64,000 bases of DNA, taken from sequence record LC680884.1. One strand, given 5' to 3'. Numbering within the stretch: position 1 is the stretch's first letter; each line of letters opens with the position of its first letter. Positions 45,049-53,822 of this stretch are shown piece after piece. Under the pieces are notes generated by a model. The model saw nothing but the letters and a program-made list of their open reading frames with translations, was not told the DNA's origin and did no database searches. The translations under genes and the position numbers were made by a program.

Positions 45049-46015
45049 TTTTTAATAAAAGAGTATTATCCTCACCAAAATCTTTATTCTGCTTATTATT
45101 TAAATCAATTAGTACTTTCTTAATCAACTCTTTCTCTAATTCTGTTTCAGCAGTTTGATATTCTTTCTTGAGAACATCAATAACTCCTTTTCTTCTTAAA
45201 TAATAGAAGTTTAAATTTTTCCTTATCCAATTAATAAATACATTCGTACTAATTTTATGAGTTGAGTTAGTATGATTTTGAAGCATTGAGAGTGTCTGAT
45301 ACATCTCATCAGCATATCCATATTTAACTGCTAAACTATCACTATATATTTCTCTCTCTGAATAATATTTATTTGCAACAAAATCCATAAGAGAACTTGT
45401 ACCCATTACAATCATAACCAAACCTACAAAACCTATAATTGGGCTCATTACAGTTAATGGAACTGATAAAGTTCTCTTACCCATTCTAACGGTCATAGAG
45501 AGTACTGCCATAGCTAATCCCATGCCATAACCAATATTAGCCATATTCTTAGAATTTTCTTCATCCCTAAGAGCATTTTGAACTTTAACATATACTTTAT
45601 GTCCAATTTCATGAATTAAAATTGCAGTTAGCATTCTAGCTGTTGCTCCTTCTCTTTTAAATAGGTTTAAAAGAGATCCTTCAATTTCAATTGATACATT
45701 ATGACAATCGATTAACTGATAACCTTTTTTCTTAGATTCAATGGCTTCTAAATATTGTCCTTTCATTTCTTCATAAGAAGGGAAAATTCTCATACCATAA
45801 CTTACTTTATTACTCAATGTTGGATGAAGAAAAATTTTACAATCTATATTAAAAGTACTCTTCAAGAGTTTTTCTATTTTTGATATATTCCTTTTAAAAC
45901 CAGCATCTTTAAAATTCTTCGATGGTAGTAGATTAAGTATTTCTTCAAAGCAGTCATCTAATTGATCCAATTCTGTTCTATGATAAATTTTTTCTAGTAA
46001 AATAGTATCTACCAT
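45044..46015 (-). CDS. Zincin (HExxH) metallopeptidase-like protein downstream of the capsid gene
   Basis: AILIHEIGH, then a hydrophobic segment, then EREIYSDSLAVKYGY (M48-like ExxAD pattern). SD AGAGGTG gives a start at 46015. Confidence 0.7.
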   Translation of the reverse strand: MVDTILLEKIYHRTELDQLDDCFEEILNLLPSKNFKDAGFKRNISKIEKLLKSTFNIDCKIFLHPTLSNKVSYGMRIFPSYEEMKGQYLEAIESKKKGYQLIDCHNVSIEIEGSLLNLFKREGATARMLTAILIHEIGHKVYVKVQNALRDEENSKNMANIGYGMGLAMAVLSMTVRMGKRTLSVPLTVMSPIIGFVGLVMIVMGTSSLMDFVANKYYSEREIYSDSLAVKYGYADEMYQTLSMLQNHTNSTHKISTNVFINWIRKNLNFYYLRRKGVIDVLKKEYQTAETELEKELIKKVLIDLNNKQNKDFGEDNTLLLKK

Positions 46016-46081
46016 ACATCTACACCTCTTAAAATAAATATCAGTTGTAACCGTTATGGTCACAACTGATATTTTTATTTA

Positions 46082-47677
46082 TTATCCATTATATTGAGAA
46101 ACAAGAGTACCATCATTGTTCTCAATTTTGATTTTGCATACCATTGGAAGGAACTCTTCAAGGGTATGACGTTTAGTCATCATAATGGAAGGAATATTAG
46201 GATTACGAGTGTTCAGGTAGTTGTGTACAACATTGAAAGTGTACGGATAGTACTTGAACGTCATAAATTTATTAGTAAGTGGAACCATGAACATTGTCAA
46301 TTCGCCTTGAGGAATCAAGTCAGAAGAAACAATTGTGTAACGGCTTGCACCAGAAACAGCTCCAATACTGTAATCTACTTCAATACCATTTTGAGCATCT
46401 GATACTCGGTTAAATGTCCAAGTAACATTTGGAATCAAAGCAGTATCAAGTGGGTTCCCAACAATTACAAAGTAACCTTGGTAGTAGTAAGTTTCAGATT
46501 TAATTTTTTGAGCAAAGTAATCAATTACTCGTTTGATACCATCCAACCAGTCTCTAGGATTTCCAGCAAACTGAGGTGCAGGATGAACGTTAAATTTACC
46601 CATATAAGTAGGGTTAGATTGGAAAGCCGCATCAATGAAATTATAAATTTCTTGGTCAACTTTTTGAGCTGTAACGTTAGACATTGTGTCTACCACTTCA
46701 TTAGCACCATCAATTTGATAAAGTGCCATTGTATCAGTTAGCATTTCAAGTGGTAGAGAAGCCTCTAAGTGTTCGCCAGTTCCGATAGTGATATCTCTAC
46801 GTTCAATATCGAAAGATACGTTAGTTGCTCTGTTATGAGCCTCAGAAGATACATAACCAAGGAATACAACTTTTTTAACTGCTTGACGAAGAGATACTAA
46901 GCTAACAGTACCTTTTTCTGGATCAACAGCACCCATAAGTACGTCAGAAGTTACAGTACCATCAGAGTGTTTAGCTTTAACTTCAGCATATAGTTTGTTG
47001 TTAATATCAATTTTAGAGTTAACTTTTACTTTAACTGTTTCAGCAGTCTCAGCTGTTCCAGTCGCACTTGCCGCAGAAACTTCAACTTCAACAATATGGA
47101 AACGGCGATCAATTGCATCTCCAGCTTGTGCAGAAGCACCTACATCAGCAAGAAGATCTTTGTTATCCAAAGGTAGCTCATAAGCTTGAGAAGAAAGTTT
47201 TGTTTTTTCAGCAAGTCCATTATCTAAAGAACGAAGAGATTCTGGAAGATAATGTTTTTCACCTGATACTGAATCAATGATATAAGGTTTAGAGAATGAT
47301 ACAGAGAAAGCAGGTGTTTTAACAGGTTCAGTAGGAATAGCATATTTCAATGCAATCTTAGCCCACATTTTACGAATAGTTGGCATAGATAGAGACGCAA
47401 TTGGAGGGATACCTGCAACTACGGACTCTTGAAGGATTGCTTGACGGTTGTTTGCAAGTAATTGACGCATATCTGCTTCTTCAGTTGCATCTAAGCCTTC
47501 TACTAATTTATCTACATAAGCACTAAAAGTGGATGCTTCAGAAAGAACATCACTGAAGCCTTCTCCAAGGATGTTTACTTGTTGAGTTTGTAAGAAATAT
47601 TGATGACTTTCTTTTAATGTTTGACTGAATTCATCAGTTGTTCCAGTTGAATGATTAGTTCGATATTCTACGGACAT
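46082..47677 (-). CDS. Major capsid protein precursor
   Basis: 531 aa, two tandem late promoters, CGT/GCT-rich codon usage, N-terminal propeptide ending near AILQE|S, directly downstream of scaffold-like genes. Confidence 0.88.
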   Translation of the reverse strand: MSVEYRTNHSTGTTDEFSQTLKESHQYFLQTQQVNILGEGFSDVLSEASTFSAYVDKLVEGLDATEEADMRQLLANNRQAILQESVVAGIPPIASLSMPTIRKMWAKIALKYAIPTEPVKTPAFSVSFSKPYIIDSVSGEKHYLPESLRSLDNGLAEKTKLSSQAYELPLDNKDLLADVGASAQAGDAIDRRFHIVEVEVSAASATGTAETAETVKVKVNSKIDINNKLYAEVKAKHSDGTVTSDVLMGAVDPEKGTVSLVSLRQAVKKVVFLGYVSSEAHNRATNVSFDIERRDITIGTGEHLEASLPLEMLTDTMALYQIDGANEVVDTMSNVTAQKVDQEIYNFIDAAFQSNPTYMGKFNVHPAPQFAGNPRDWLDGIKRVIDYFAQKIKSETYYYQGYFVIVGNPLDTALIPNVTWTFNRVSDAQNGIEVDYSIGAVSGASRYTIVSSDLIPQGELTMFMVPLTNKFMTFKYYPYTFNVVHNYLNTRNPNIPSIMMTKRHTLEEFLPMVCKIKIENNDGTLVSQYNG

Positions 47678-47713
47678 TGATCATTACTCCTTTTCTTAAT
47701 TATTAGATTTTAA

Positions 47714-47786
47714 TAATTTTTTGTTTAGATCTCTCTAATATAAAATCTAATAAATTGATTTATAATTTTTTTACTATTAAATTGTT
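47714..47786 (-). promoter_or_regulatory. Two tandem late promoters for the capsid gene
   Basis: AACA-ATTTAA-TA (47775..47786) and AACA-AAAAAT-TA (47714..47725). Confidence 0.7.
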
Positions 47787-47788
47787 TA

Positions 47789-48430
47789 TTACTTGGAAGA
47801 AGAAAATTTGTTAAATAGGTTGACCAGTAAGTTAATTTCACTTTTTGTATATACGAAAACAGTTTTTACTTTTTCATAATCCATTGTCTTAATTTTGTCA
47901 GTTAACATAATTTTGGTACTATCTTTTAGATTATATAATTTATCTTCGATATATTCAACAAGTTCATAATTCTTACTCTTATTTTCTTCTGTATCTAAAT
48001 ATTCCTTATAAGATGAAACTTTATCTAAAAAATTATCGATAGAAGTGTAGATTGTCTTATATGACTTATACAATTGTAATTTTTTATCATTATCAGTAGG
48101 ACTATCATCTTGTTCATTATCCAAATCTCCTGAATCAGCATCCCCTTGATCATCTGAATCGCCAGTATCTCCATCTGAAGGATTTGAATTATCATCTCCT
48201 CCATCTAAAGATTCCGGTGAATTACCATCATTAGTTTCTTCAGATTTACTATCTGTTTCATCTTCTGGATGAGCAGGGTCATTAGAATGTCCAACAGATA
48301 AGTCTTCAAGACTATCCATACCTACATCATCATCGTCTTCATCTTCTTTAAGGAAAAAATTATTATTATGTTTTGTATCTTCCATTAATTTTTTATTAAA
48401 ATCAATTAGAAGGGTATCAAAATCTGTCAC
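47789..48430 (-). CDS. Acidic-linker protein, candidate prohead scaffold/core
   Basis: 213 aa, GTG start, D/S/G-rich disordered N-half after FFLKE, helical C-half; lies between protease and capsid. Confidence 0.6.
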   Translation of the reverse strand: MTDFDTLLIDFNKKLMEDTKHNNNFFLKEDEDDDDVGMDSLEDLSVGHSNDPAHPEDETDSKSEETNDGNSPESLDGGDDNSNPSDGDTGDSDDQGDADSGDLDNEQDDSPTDNDKKLQLYKSYKTIYTSIDNFLDKVSSYKEYLDTEENKSKNYELVEYIEDKLYNLKDSTKIMLTDKIKTMDYEKVKTVFVYTKSEINLLVNLFNKFSSSK

Positions 48431-48449
48431 ATATATACACTCCCTTCAT

Positions 48450-48908
48450 TTAATCTTTAATGACTTTTAGTTTATCTAAGTCACTTTTTAATTTATTTTT
48501 CATTTTAATCATATTTTGTCTTTTCTTTTCATCTGATTCTCTAGTTAATCGGTCTTCAATATATTCTAATTTACTAGAATAAAGATGAATTAATTTTTCT
48601 CTTCTATTAGCATCATTACGTCTTCTAATAACTGAACTAGTATATAAAGTAATAAGACCGATAACAGGACTGATAACGGCAATACTTCCAATAATGATAC
48701 AACGTGTTAATAGTCTAGAAAAATCTGGCATATTTTCAATTAATCTATCATCACTAGAGGAATGGAGTTTTTTAATTATATTAAATATACCTTTAGTAGT
48801 CTTATCGACATCAGTTGCTAAACCTTCTTTTAATAGAAAATATTCTTCTCTATATGAATCAAATTCTTCATGTTCAACTAATAATAATGACTCATATTTG
48901 GATAACAT
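48450..48908 (-). CDS. Putative head protein with a hydrophobic hairpin
   Basis: SD AGGAGG gives a start at 48908 (MLSKY); LLVE and LLKE motifs; CIIIGSIAVISPVIGLITLY. Confidence 0.6.
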   Translation of the reverse strand: MLSKYESLLLVEHEEFDSYREEYFLLKEGLATDVDKTTKGIFNIIKKLHSSSDDRLIENMPDFSRLLTRCIIIGSIAVISPVIGLITLYTSSVIRRRNDANRREKLIHLYSSKLEYIEDRLTRESDEKKRQNMIKMKNKLKSDLDKLKVIKD

Positions 48909-48943
48909 TTTGATGTACCTCCTTTTAATATTATGATTTAACT

Positions 48944-48978
48944 TAATTATATGTTTTTTATTAGAAAACATATAATTA
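48944..48978. promoter_or_regulatory. Back-to-back identical late promoters forming an inverted repeat
   Basis: AACATATAATTA on the minus strand (48944..48955) and on the plus strand (48967..48978). Confidence 0.8.
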
Positions 48979-49015
48979 ATAAATTTAATTAAGTTATTAG
49001 AAAGGCGGCTAAATA

Positions 49016-50167
49016 ATGGATCAAAATTGTGGTTTTCTAATTATTGAATCTACATCAGAACCAGTTAAACCTAATATTATTGAGCATAATAAAGATAATG
49101 TTGTAATTGAAGCTATTCTTCAAGAGGCAGAAGCTGGTAATAGAAATAGAAGGGAATATGCATTTGAAGCATTAGATGGTGCTATTCGTTCTCCTCAAAT
49201 TCAAGAAAAGTTAAGACGTAAATCATTGTTCGGAGAGGCTGGTAGGGTTGCCATTCATAGTAGAAATACTATGTCTAAACTCTCTTAATTGCTGGAAACT
49301 CCTTAGAGCTTATTAGACCACAACGTGACTGGTAACAGTGAGCGTGAAGGTTATAAGAACTAATAAGATTGGACAATCAGCAGCTTTATTGGTTAATAAT
49401 ATTTGTACATATATTTACCAATGGAGTTCAACGACTATCCCAAATGGGAGTACACTATAAGCATAGTGGAAATAGAGAGGTTCTTAACAGTAATGCTGAA
49501 GAACTTGATATAGTCTCAACTCTAGGGAAACTTAGAGCAGTTCATAAGAGAACGGTATGGAAGTAGCGAATCCATATGAAGATATTTGCACCCTCTTTCG
49601 GATAAAATGGAAAGACAAACGTACATTGATCAAACTAGAATGTCTCATGTTATTGAGAAATTATGGTGGGAACAAAAATTACTAAAAGGTGTGGTAGCAA
49701 CTACTAACACTGCTGTTGGTAAAGATATGGAAGGTTTAATTAGACAAGGTACTGAAGTAGCATTTTCAATGAGAGGTCTTGGTGGTGTTACTCGTAAAGT
49801 GAATGGACTAACACGAGTTGAAAAACCTCTTCACATTGTTACTTGGGATTGGGTAATCTTCCCTTCTCATTCTAATGCTTATCAGACAAATATTATTAAA
49901 GAAGATGCTATTCATCCTATGAATAAGAGAATTCTTAATGAAGGTCTAATGGTGTCAGTGGCTCAAGATGAAATCCTTAATTACATTAAGGAAGAGAGTC
50001 AAAATATTAAAACAACAGTTGATCATCTTGGTTTAGATGAAAGAACTGCCAAATTAGGTGAAGATGGTAAAACAGTTAGCTTCAATACTGAAGATGGTAA
50101 AGCTGTTTTATTTATTGAAGATGAAATTAAAAAAGAAATTGATAATTTCCTTTTAATTCAATTTTAA
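49016..50167 (+). CDS. Prohead maturation protease (T4 gp21-like); spliced join(49016..49243,49589..50167), 268 aa
   Basis: NRNRREY, GEAG|HP restored by splicing, FSMRG, TWDWVIFPSHSNA. Confidence 0.93.
49244..49588 (+). mobile_element. Group IA intron, ORF-less (345 nt), immediately before the catalytic His codon
   Basis: GCTGGT|AGGGTTGCCA..TTTG|CACCCT; P AATTGCTGGAA, Q AATCAGCAG, R GTTCAACGACTA, S GATATAGTCT. Confidence 0.93.
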
Positions 50168-50173
50168 AATAAG

Positions 50174-50199
50174 TGGTTACTCTAATTATAGAGTAACCA
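50174..50199 (+). terminator. Terminator hairpin
   Basis: TGGTTACTCTA-ATTA-TAGAGTAACCA. Confidence 0.75.
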
Positions 50200-50221
50200 T
50201 ATTAAATTATAGGAGGGCATT

Positions 50222-50465
50222 ATGAATAAAAAGTATAAGATGATTTGTGAAAGTTTATTATTAATTGAAGCAATTCAGCATATTCCTTTGACTCCAAAAG
50301 AGAAGGAATATATTGAAAATAAATTTGGAAAAACTGAATGTAGTTTTGCTAAAAATAAAGATGGAGAATATTATTGTTATACTCATAGAGCTATGAGTAA
50401 ACGTTATTCAAAAAATTGAAGATATTCCTAAGAAGGATGTAGACTTTATTAGTTCTACCAGTTAA
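50222..50465 (+). pseudogene. Small gene apparently frameshifted at an A6 run (65 aa as read, 80 aa if one A is removed)
   Basis: YCYTHRAMSKRYS continues in the shifted frame as KIEDIPKKDVDFISSTS-stop; the A6 run is at 50410..50415. Confidence 0.6.
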
Positions 50466-50485
50466 TAATAGAGAGGGTTGATAAT

Positions 50486-51178
50486 ATGTTATCTAGTACC
50501 TATATCCTTCGGTTCATAGAAAAAAAATTAGGTTATAAGTTTAATGAACTTGAAATGGATCCAGATGAAATTATTGATAATATTAAAGAAGAAACATTAG
50601 TTACATTTAGTAATTTTTTCCCTTATCAAGTTGAAGCTATTATATCAAATGAAGATAAAGTTGAAGGAACTGGAAATCAATATTATATTAATACTGATTA
50701 TAATATATTAAACGTAGCAAGAATGTATGATAATACAACTAGATACTTTGGTGCAGAATTAGTACCTTATAGTAATAATATGATTGATCCTGTAAGTAGG
50801 CAGATTCAAGCTGACTTATCATCTATGAATAGGAATCCAATGACTTACCAATTTACTTATCCAAATATTATTACTATAACCCCTGCTTTATATACTATTA
50901 GAAAAACAAAGCTTTTATTAAATGTTGTCCATCCAGATCATTTTGGTACAATTCCAACTAACCTTCAAACTGAATTTCTAAAATTAGCATTATACGACAC
51001 GAAAGAAGTATTATATCAAATTAGAAAACGGTTTGCAAACCTCCAAACTGCATTTGGTAATATTGAATTATTTGTGGATGAATTACAAGAAGCAACAGAT
51101 AGAAAACAAGAGTTATTAGATAAGTGGAGACAGAATGTAGCAAAACAAGCAAATAGAAAAAAATTATATATCTATTAG
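50486..51178 (+). CDS. Neck/head-tail adaptor (T4 gp13-like)
   Basis: N-terminal ILRFIEKKLGYKFNELEMDPDEIIDNIKEETLVTFSNFFP resembles the gp13 start; located in the head cluster. Confidence 0.7.
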   Translation: MLSSTYILRFIEKKLGYKFNELEMDPDEIIDNIKEETLVTFSNFFPYQVEAIISNEDKVEGTGNQYYINTDYNILNVARMYDNTTRYFGAELVPYSNNMIDPVSRQIQADLSSMNRNPMTYQFTYPNIITITPALYTIRKTKLLLNVVHPDHFGTIPTNLQTEFLKLALYDTKEVLYQIRKRFANLQTAFGNIELFVDELQEATDRKQELLDKWRQNVAKQANRKKLYIY

Positions 51179-51179
51179 G

Positions 51180-51217
51180 AAAAGACATTATAAGGGAATT
51201 CCCTTATAATGTCTTTT
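51180..51217. terminator. Perfect 38-bp palindrome, bidirectional terminator
   Basis: AAAAGACATTATAAGGGAA|TTCCCTTATAATGTCTTTT. Confidence 0.85.
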
Positions 51218-51220
51218 AAT

Positions 51221-51517
51221 TTATTGCCAAGAGACCGTGATAGAATTTGATGTTGAATCATCTATAAAGGTTAAACCAAATTCAGAAAGTTTCTCTTTAA
51301 ATAATTTTTGATTTTCAAAAATTAATTGAAATTTTTCATAATCATCACTGTCTTTTAAGAAATCATAGTAATTATTTTTAGAAAACTTTATTGACATTTT
51401 TCCTTTATCAGCGGCATCATTCAAAGCAGGAAAAATAAATTCATCAATAATCTCATTCAATCTTAAGTCTAATTTTTTGAGTGCTACTGCTCTTAGATCT
51501 TTTGCGTTTTTGTACAT
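51221..51517 (-). CDS. Hypothetical phage protein
   Basis: 98 aa, SD GAGGAG. Confidence 0.7.
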   Translation of the reverse strand: MYKNAKDLRAVALKKLDLRLNEIIDEFIFPALNDAADKGKMSIKFSKNNYYDFLKDSDDYEKFQLIFENQKLFKEKLSEFGLTFIDDSTSNSITVSWQ

Positions 51518-51586
51518 CTAAATCTCCTCTTTCTATAATTATTAAAATTTATATTAAAAACCATAGTGAGATTATGGTTTTTAATT

Positions 51587-52297
51587 TCACCTAGTATATT
51601 CCCAAATAACATAGTCCAGTAATCTTGGACTCAGATTTGGATATTCTTTTGATAGTATTAATGATGCCTCTTTAAGTAATATCTGTGATTCATCTATATT
51701 AATCTTTCTTTGAAGGATCTCTTCAAGAAAGCGAATTATCATTCTATCTGGTTTTATTTTATCTTCTTCACCAGAAAGCATAAGGAAGTATAATAACGAA
51801 ACCCCTTTTCCTTGACCCTTAATACGTCTAATATCTTTTTCAAATTCCTTATTACCATATATGTTTTTTACATCTTGAAAATAATTAATATTATACTTAT
51901 TTAGAACTTTACAAAACTCATAAACAGCTTCAGATTTTAATATTCCATTAACTGCTGAAGTTCGTTGTCTATTATTAAAGATTTTTTGAGTGTAAAAATC
52001 TACCCCTATTTTTTCATAAGAATCAATAAAACTTTTTACAGATAACTGATTAGATGTACTAGGGAATGAACTACTTTCTCTTAATGGGTTAATATTAAAA
52101 TAAGTGCAATAACGCTTAATTACATTCTTTACACTAGTATAATTAGAATTAATAGAAAAGATAGAATCAATTACACATAAAGGAAGACTGGAATAATAAT
52201 ATTCATCTGGGAGCTTAGCATCTTTTAGATTAAGTAATTCTTTGCATTTTTCAACCAATATAATTTTATCTTCTTTTTTAATTTCTGTTAATTTCAT
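51587..52297 (-). CDS. HhH-GPD superfamily DNA glycosylase-like protein
   Basis: YSSLPLCVIDSIFSI; HhH segment IRRIKGQGKGVSLLYFLML; conserved-Asp segment IKPDRMIIRFL; C-terminal PRLLDYVIW. Confidence 0.75.
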   Translation of the reverse strand: MKLTEIKKEDKIILVEKCKELLNLKDAKLPDEYYYSSLPLCVIDSIFSINSNYTSVKNVIKRYCTYFNINPLRESSSFPSTSNQLSVKSFIDSYEKIGVDFYTQKIFNNRQRTSAVNGILKSEAVYEFCKVLNKYNINYFQDVKNIYGNKEFEKDIRRIKGQGKGVSLLYFLMLSGEEDKIKPDRMIIRFLEEILQRKINIDESQILLKEASLILSKEYPNLSPRLLDYVIWEYTR

Positions 52298-52299
52298 TT

Positions 52300-52626
52300 T
52301 TATTTCTCCTTTAATTTTTCTAATTCTTCTCTTAGTTTTAGATTTTCTTCCTCTAGTTTTAATCTTTCTTTTAATCTTAGGTTTTCTTCTTCTAGGTTTA
52401 ACTGTTCTCTAAGTTTTAAATTCTCTTCTTCTAATTTTATATAATACTCTTGTTCTTGGTTGTATTGTTGAATTTGTTCATCCCTTCTAGGAAGAATCCA
52501 AGGTATTACAGCTCCTATTATACATGCAATAATTATAAAGCTTGAGAAAGGTATTATACTAATTAATACTGTACCTCCCACAATAACCGCAATTGCGGCT
52601 AATATTACTCTACCATTAATATCCAT
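52300..52626 (-). CDS. Membrane-anchored coiled-coil protein with three 13-aa repeats
   Basis: Hydrophobic N-terminal 45 aa; LEEENLKLREQLN / LEEENLRLKERLK / LEEENLKLREELE. Confidence 0.75.
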   Translation of the reverse strand: MDINGRVILAAIAVIVGGTVLISIIPFSSFIIIACIIGAVIPWILPRRDEQIQQYNQEQEYYIKLEEENLKLREQLNLEEENLRLKERLKLEEENLKLREELEKLKEK

Positions 52627-52693
52627 TCCAATATTCCCCCATTAAAATCTTTGAATATGTAAAAAGGATAATCACTAAGATTATCCTTTTATT

Positions 52694-53038
52694 TTAAATT
52701 ATATTAAATTTATCATTATGAAATTCTAGAAGCTTGAATGATGGAGTAGTTTTTGTGGTTCTTTGAAGAGTTAGTGGTTTTGAGGAAACTGAGTCTAGAA
52801 TTTTTTCATTTATATTACTACCAGTATCAAATATTACCAAATCGTATTTATTAACCCCCTTTCTATCAAGAAATTCTAATGGATCATTATCGATTTCATT
52901 AATAAGTTCAGAGCTACTTAGGATACTATAATCTTCACCAAGCGTCTTTCTTAGAAAAATTCGTTTTTCTTTTGTGAAATGATTCGTGACCAGTAGAGGA
53001 TCTTTGAATTCTGTCAGTTCTGATTTGGTGTTAGGCAT
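52694..53038 (-). CDS. Hypothetical early protein
   Basis: 114 aa, SD GAGGAGG, early-type motif AAGCATATATTAT at 53083..53095. Confidence 0.7.
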   Translation of the reverse strand: MPNTKSELTEFKDPLLVTNHFTKEKRIFLRKTLGEDYSILSSSELINEIDNDPLEFLDRKGVNKYDLVIFDTGSNINEKILDSVSSKPLTLQRTTKTTPSFKLLEFHNDKFNII

Positions 53039-53122
53039 ATATTATATTCCTCCTCTTTTAAATAGTCTGGTATTACAGGAATATAATATATGCTTGAAAA
53101 ATATTTTTAATACGGTAAATAA

Positions 53123-53518
53123 CTATTCACTAATTTTTTCTTGAATTTCTAATGTTTCTTCAAATAAGTTATTTAAGAAACCATTCATCCATTCAATTTC
53201 ATAACCTAATTTTCCAAAACTAATTTCTTTCATTTCAAACTTATTTATTTCATATAATTTTATTATATTTAGAGGATAATTTTTACTATTAGTAATAAGA
53301 ATGTTATTAAGAATACTAATAGCAACATCACTATTAATTATTAAAAGAATTTCTGAACCATTTTTAATGCTCTCAAGTATATCTAATAAACATTCTTTAA
53401 ATTGCAAAGGATGAAATGAATTTAAATCAATAATATTATTAAATGCGGGAAATAAAGAATAAGCAGATCTATAAGTTAAATCACCAGTTATAATAATAAG
53501 TTTTCCTTCTTTTTTCAT
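53123..53518 (-). CDS. Hypothetical protein resembling the C-terminal half of AAA_21/ABC-type ATPases
   Basis: IIDLNSFHPLQ..EILLIINSDVAISILNN resembles IIEEPE.HLHP.Q..QIIITTHS..IL; no Walker A. Confidence 0.5.
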   Translation of the reverse strand: MKKEGKLIIITGDLTYRSAYSLFPAFNNIIDLNSFHPLQFKECLLDILESIKNGSEILLIINSDVAISILNNILITNSKNYPLNIIKLYEINKFEMKEISFGKLGYEIEWMNGFLNNLFEETLEIQEKISE

Positions 53519-53544
53519 TTTTAATGCTCTCCCTTTAAAAAAAT

Positions 53545-53570
53545 AAAGCCATACTAATTAGTATGGCTTT
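53545..53570 (-). terminator. Perfect 26-bp palindrome, terminator
   Basis: AAAGCCATACTAA|TTAGTATGGCTTT. Confidence 0.8.
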
Positions 53571-53579
53571 TTGTATTAT

Positions 53580-53798
53580 CTAGTTTCTCATCTTAGATAG
53601 AAGATCATTTATAACTAATTCTACTGACCAATTATCCAATTTTCCTTCATCAGAATATTTAACAATGTCAGAAGCGGCTTTACGAATAAGTTCTCTATTT
53701 AATTTATTCGTAATATTTTTAACATGATCTTTTTGTTTACTCAGTTCATTTTCAGCCGACCATTTTTCACTATATAACTCATCAATAAGATCTTTCAT
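53580..53798 (-). CDS. Small coiled-coil protein
   Basis: SD GGGAGG gives a start at 53798. Confidence 0.7.
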   Translation of the reverse strand: MKDLIDELYSEKWSAENELSKQKDHVKNITNKLNRELIRKAASDIVKYSDEGKLDNWSVELVINDLLSKMRN

Positions 53799-53822
53799 TA
53801 TTTTTCCTCCCAAATATTATAA

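Noticed and set aside
49369-49566. 65-aa ORF inside the protease intron
   Set aside because: It overlaps the ribozyme core (Q, R, S), has no SD and no nuclease motif.
49586-50167. 193-aa ORF as an independent gene, and 49016..49288 as a complete gene
   Set aside because: They are the two exons of the protease; the TTG is the intron 3' end and GEAG|HP is restored on splicing.
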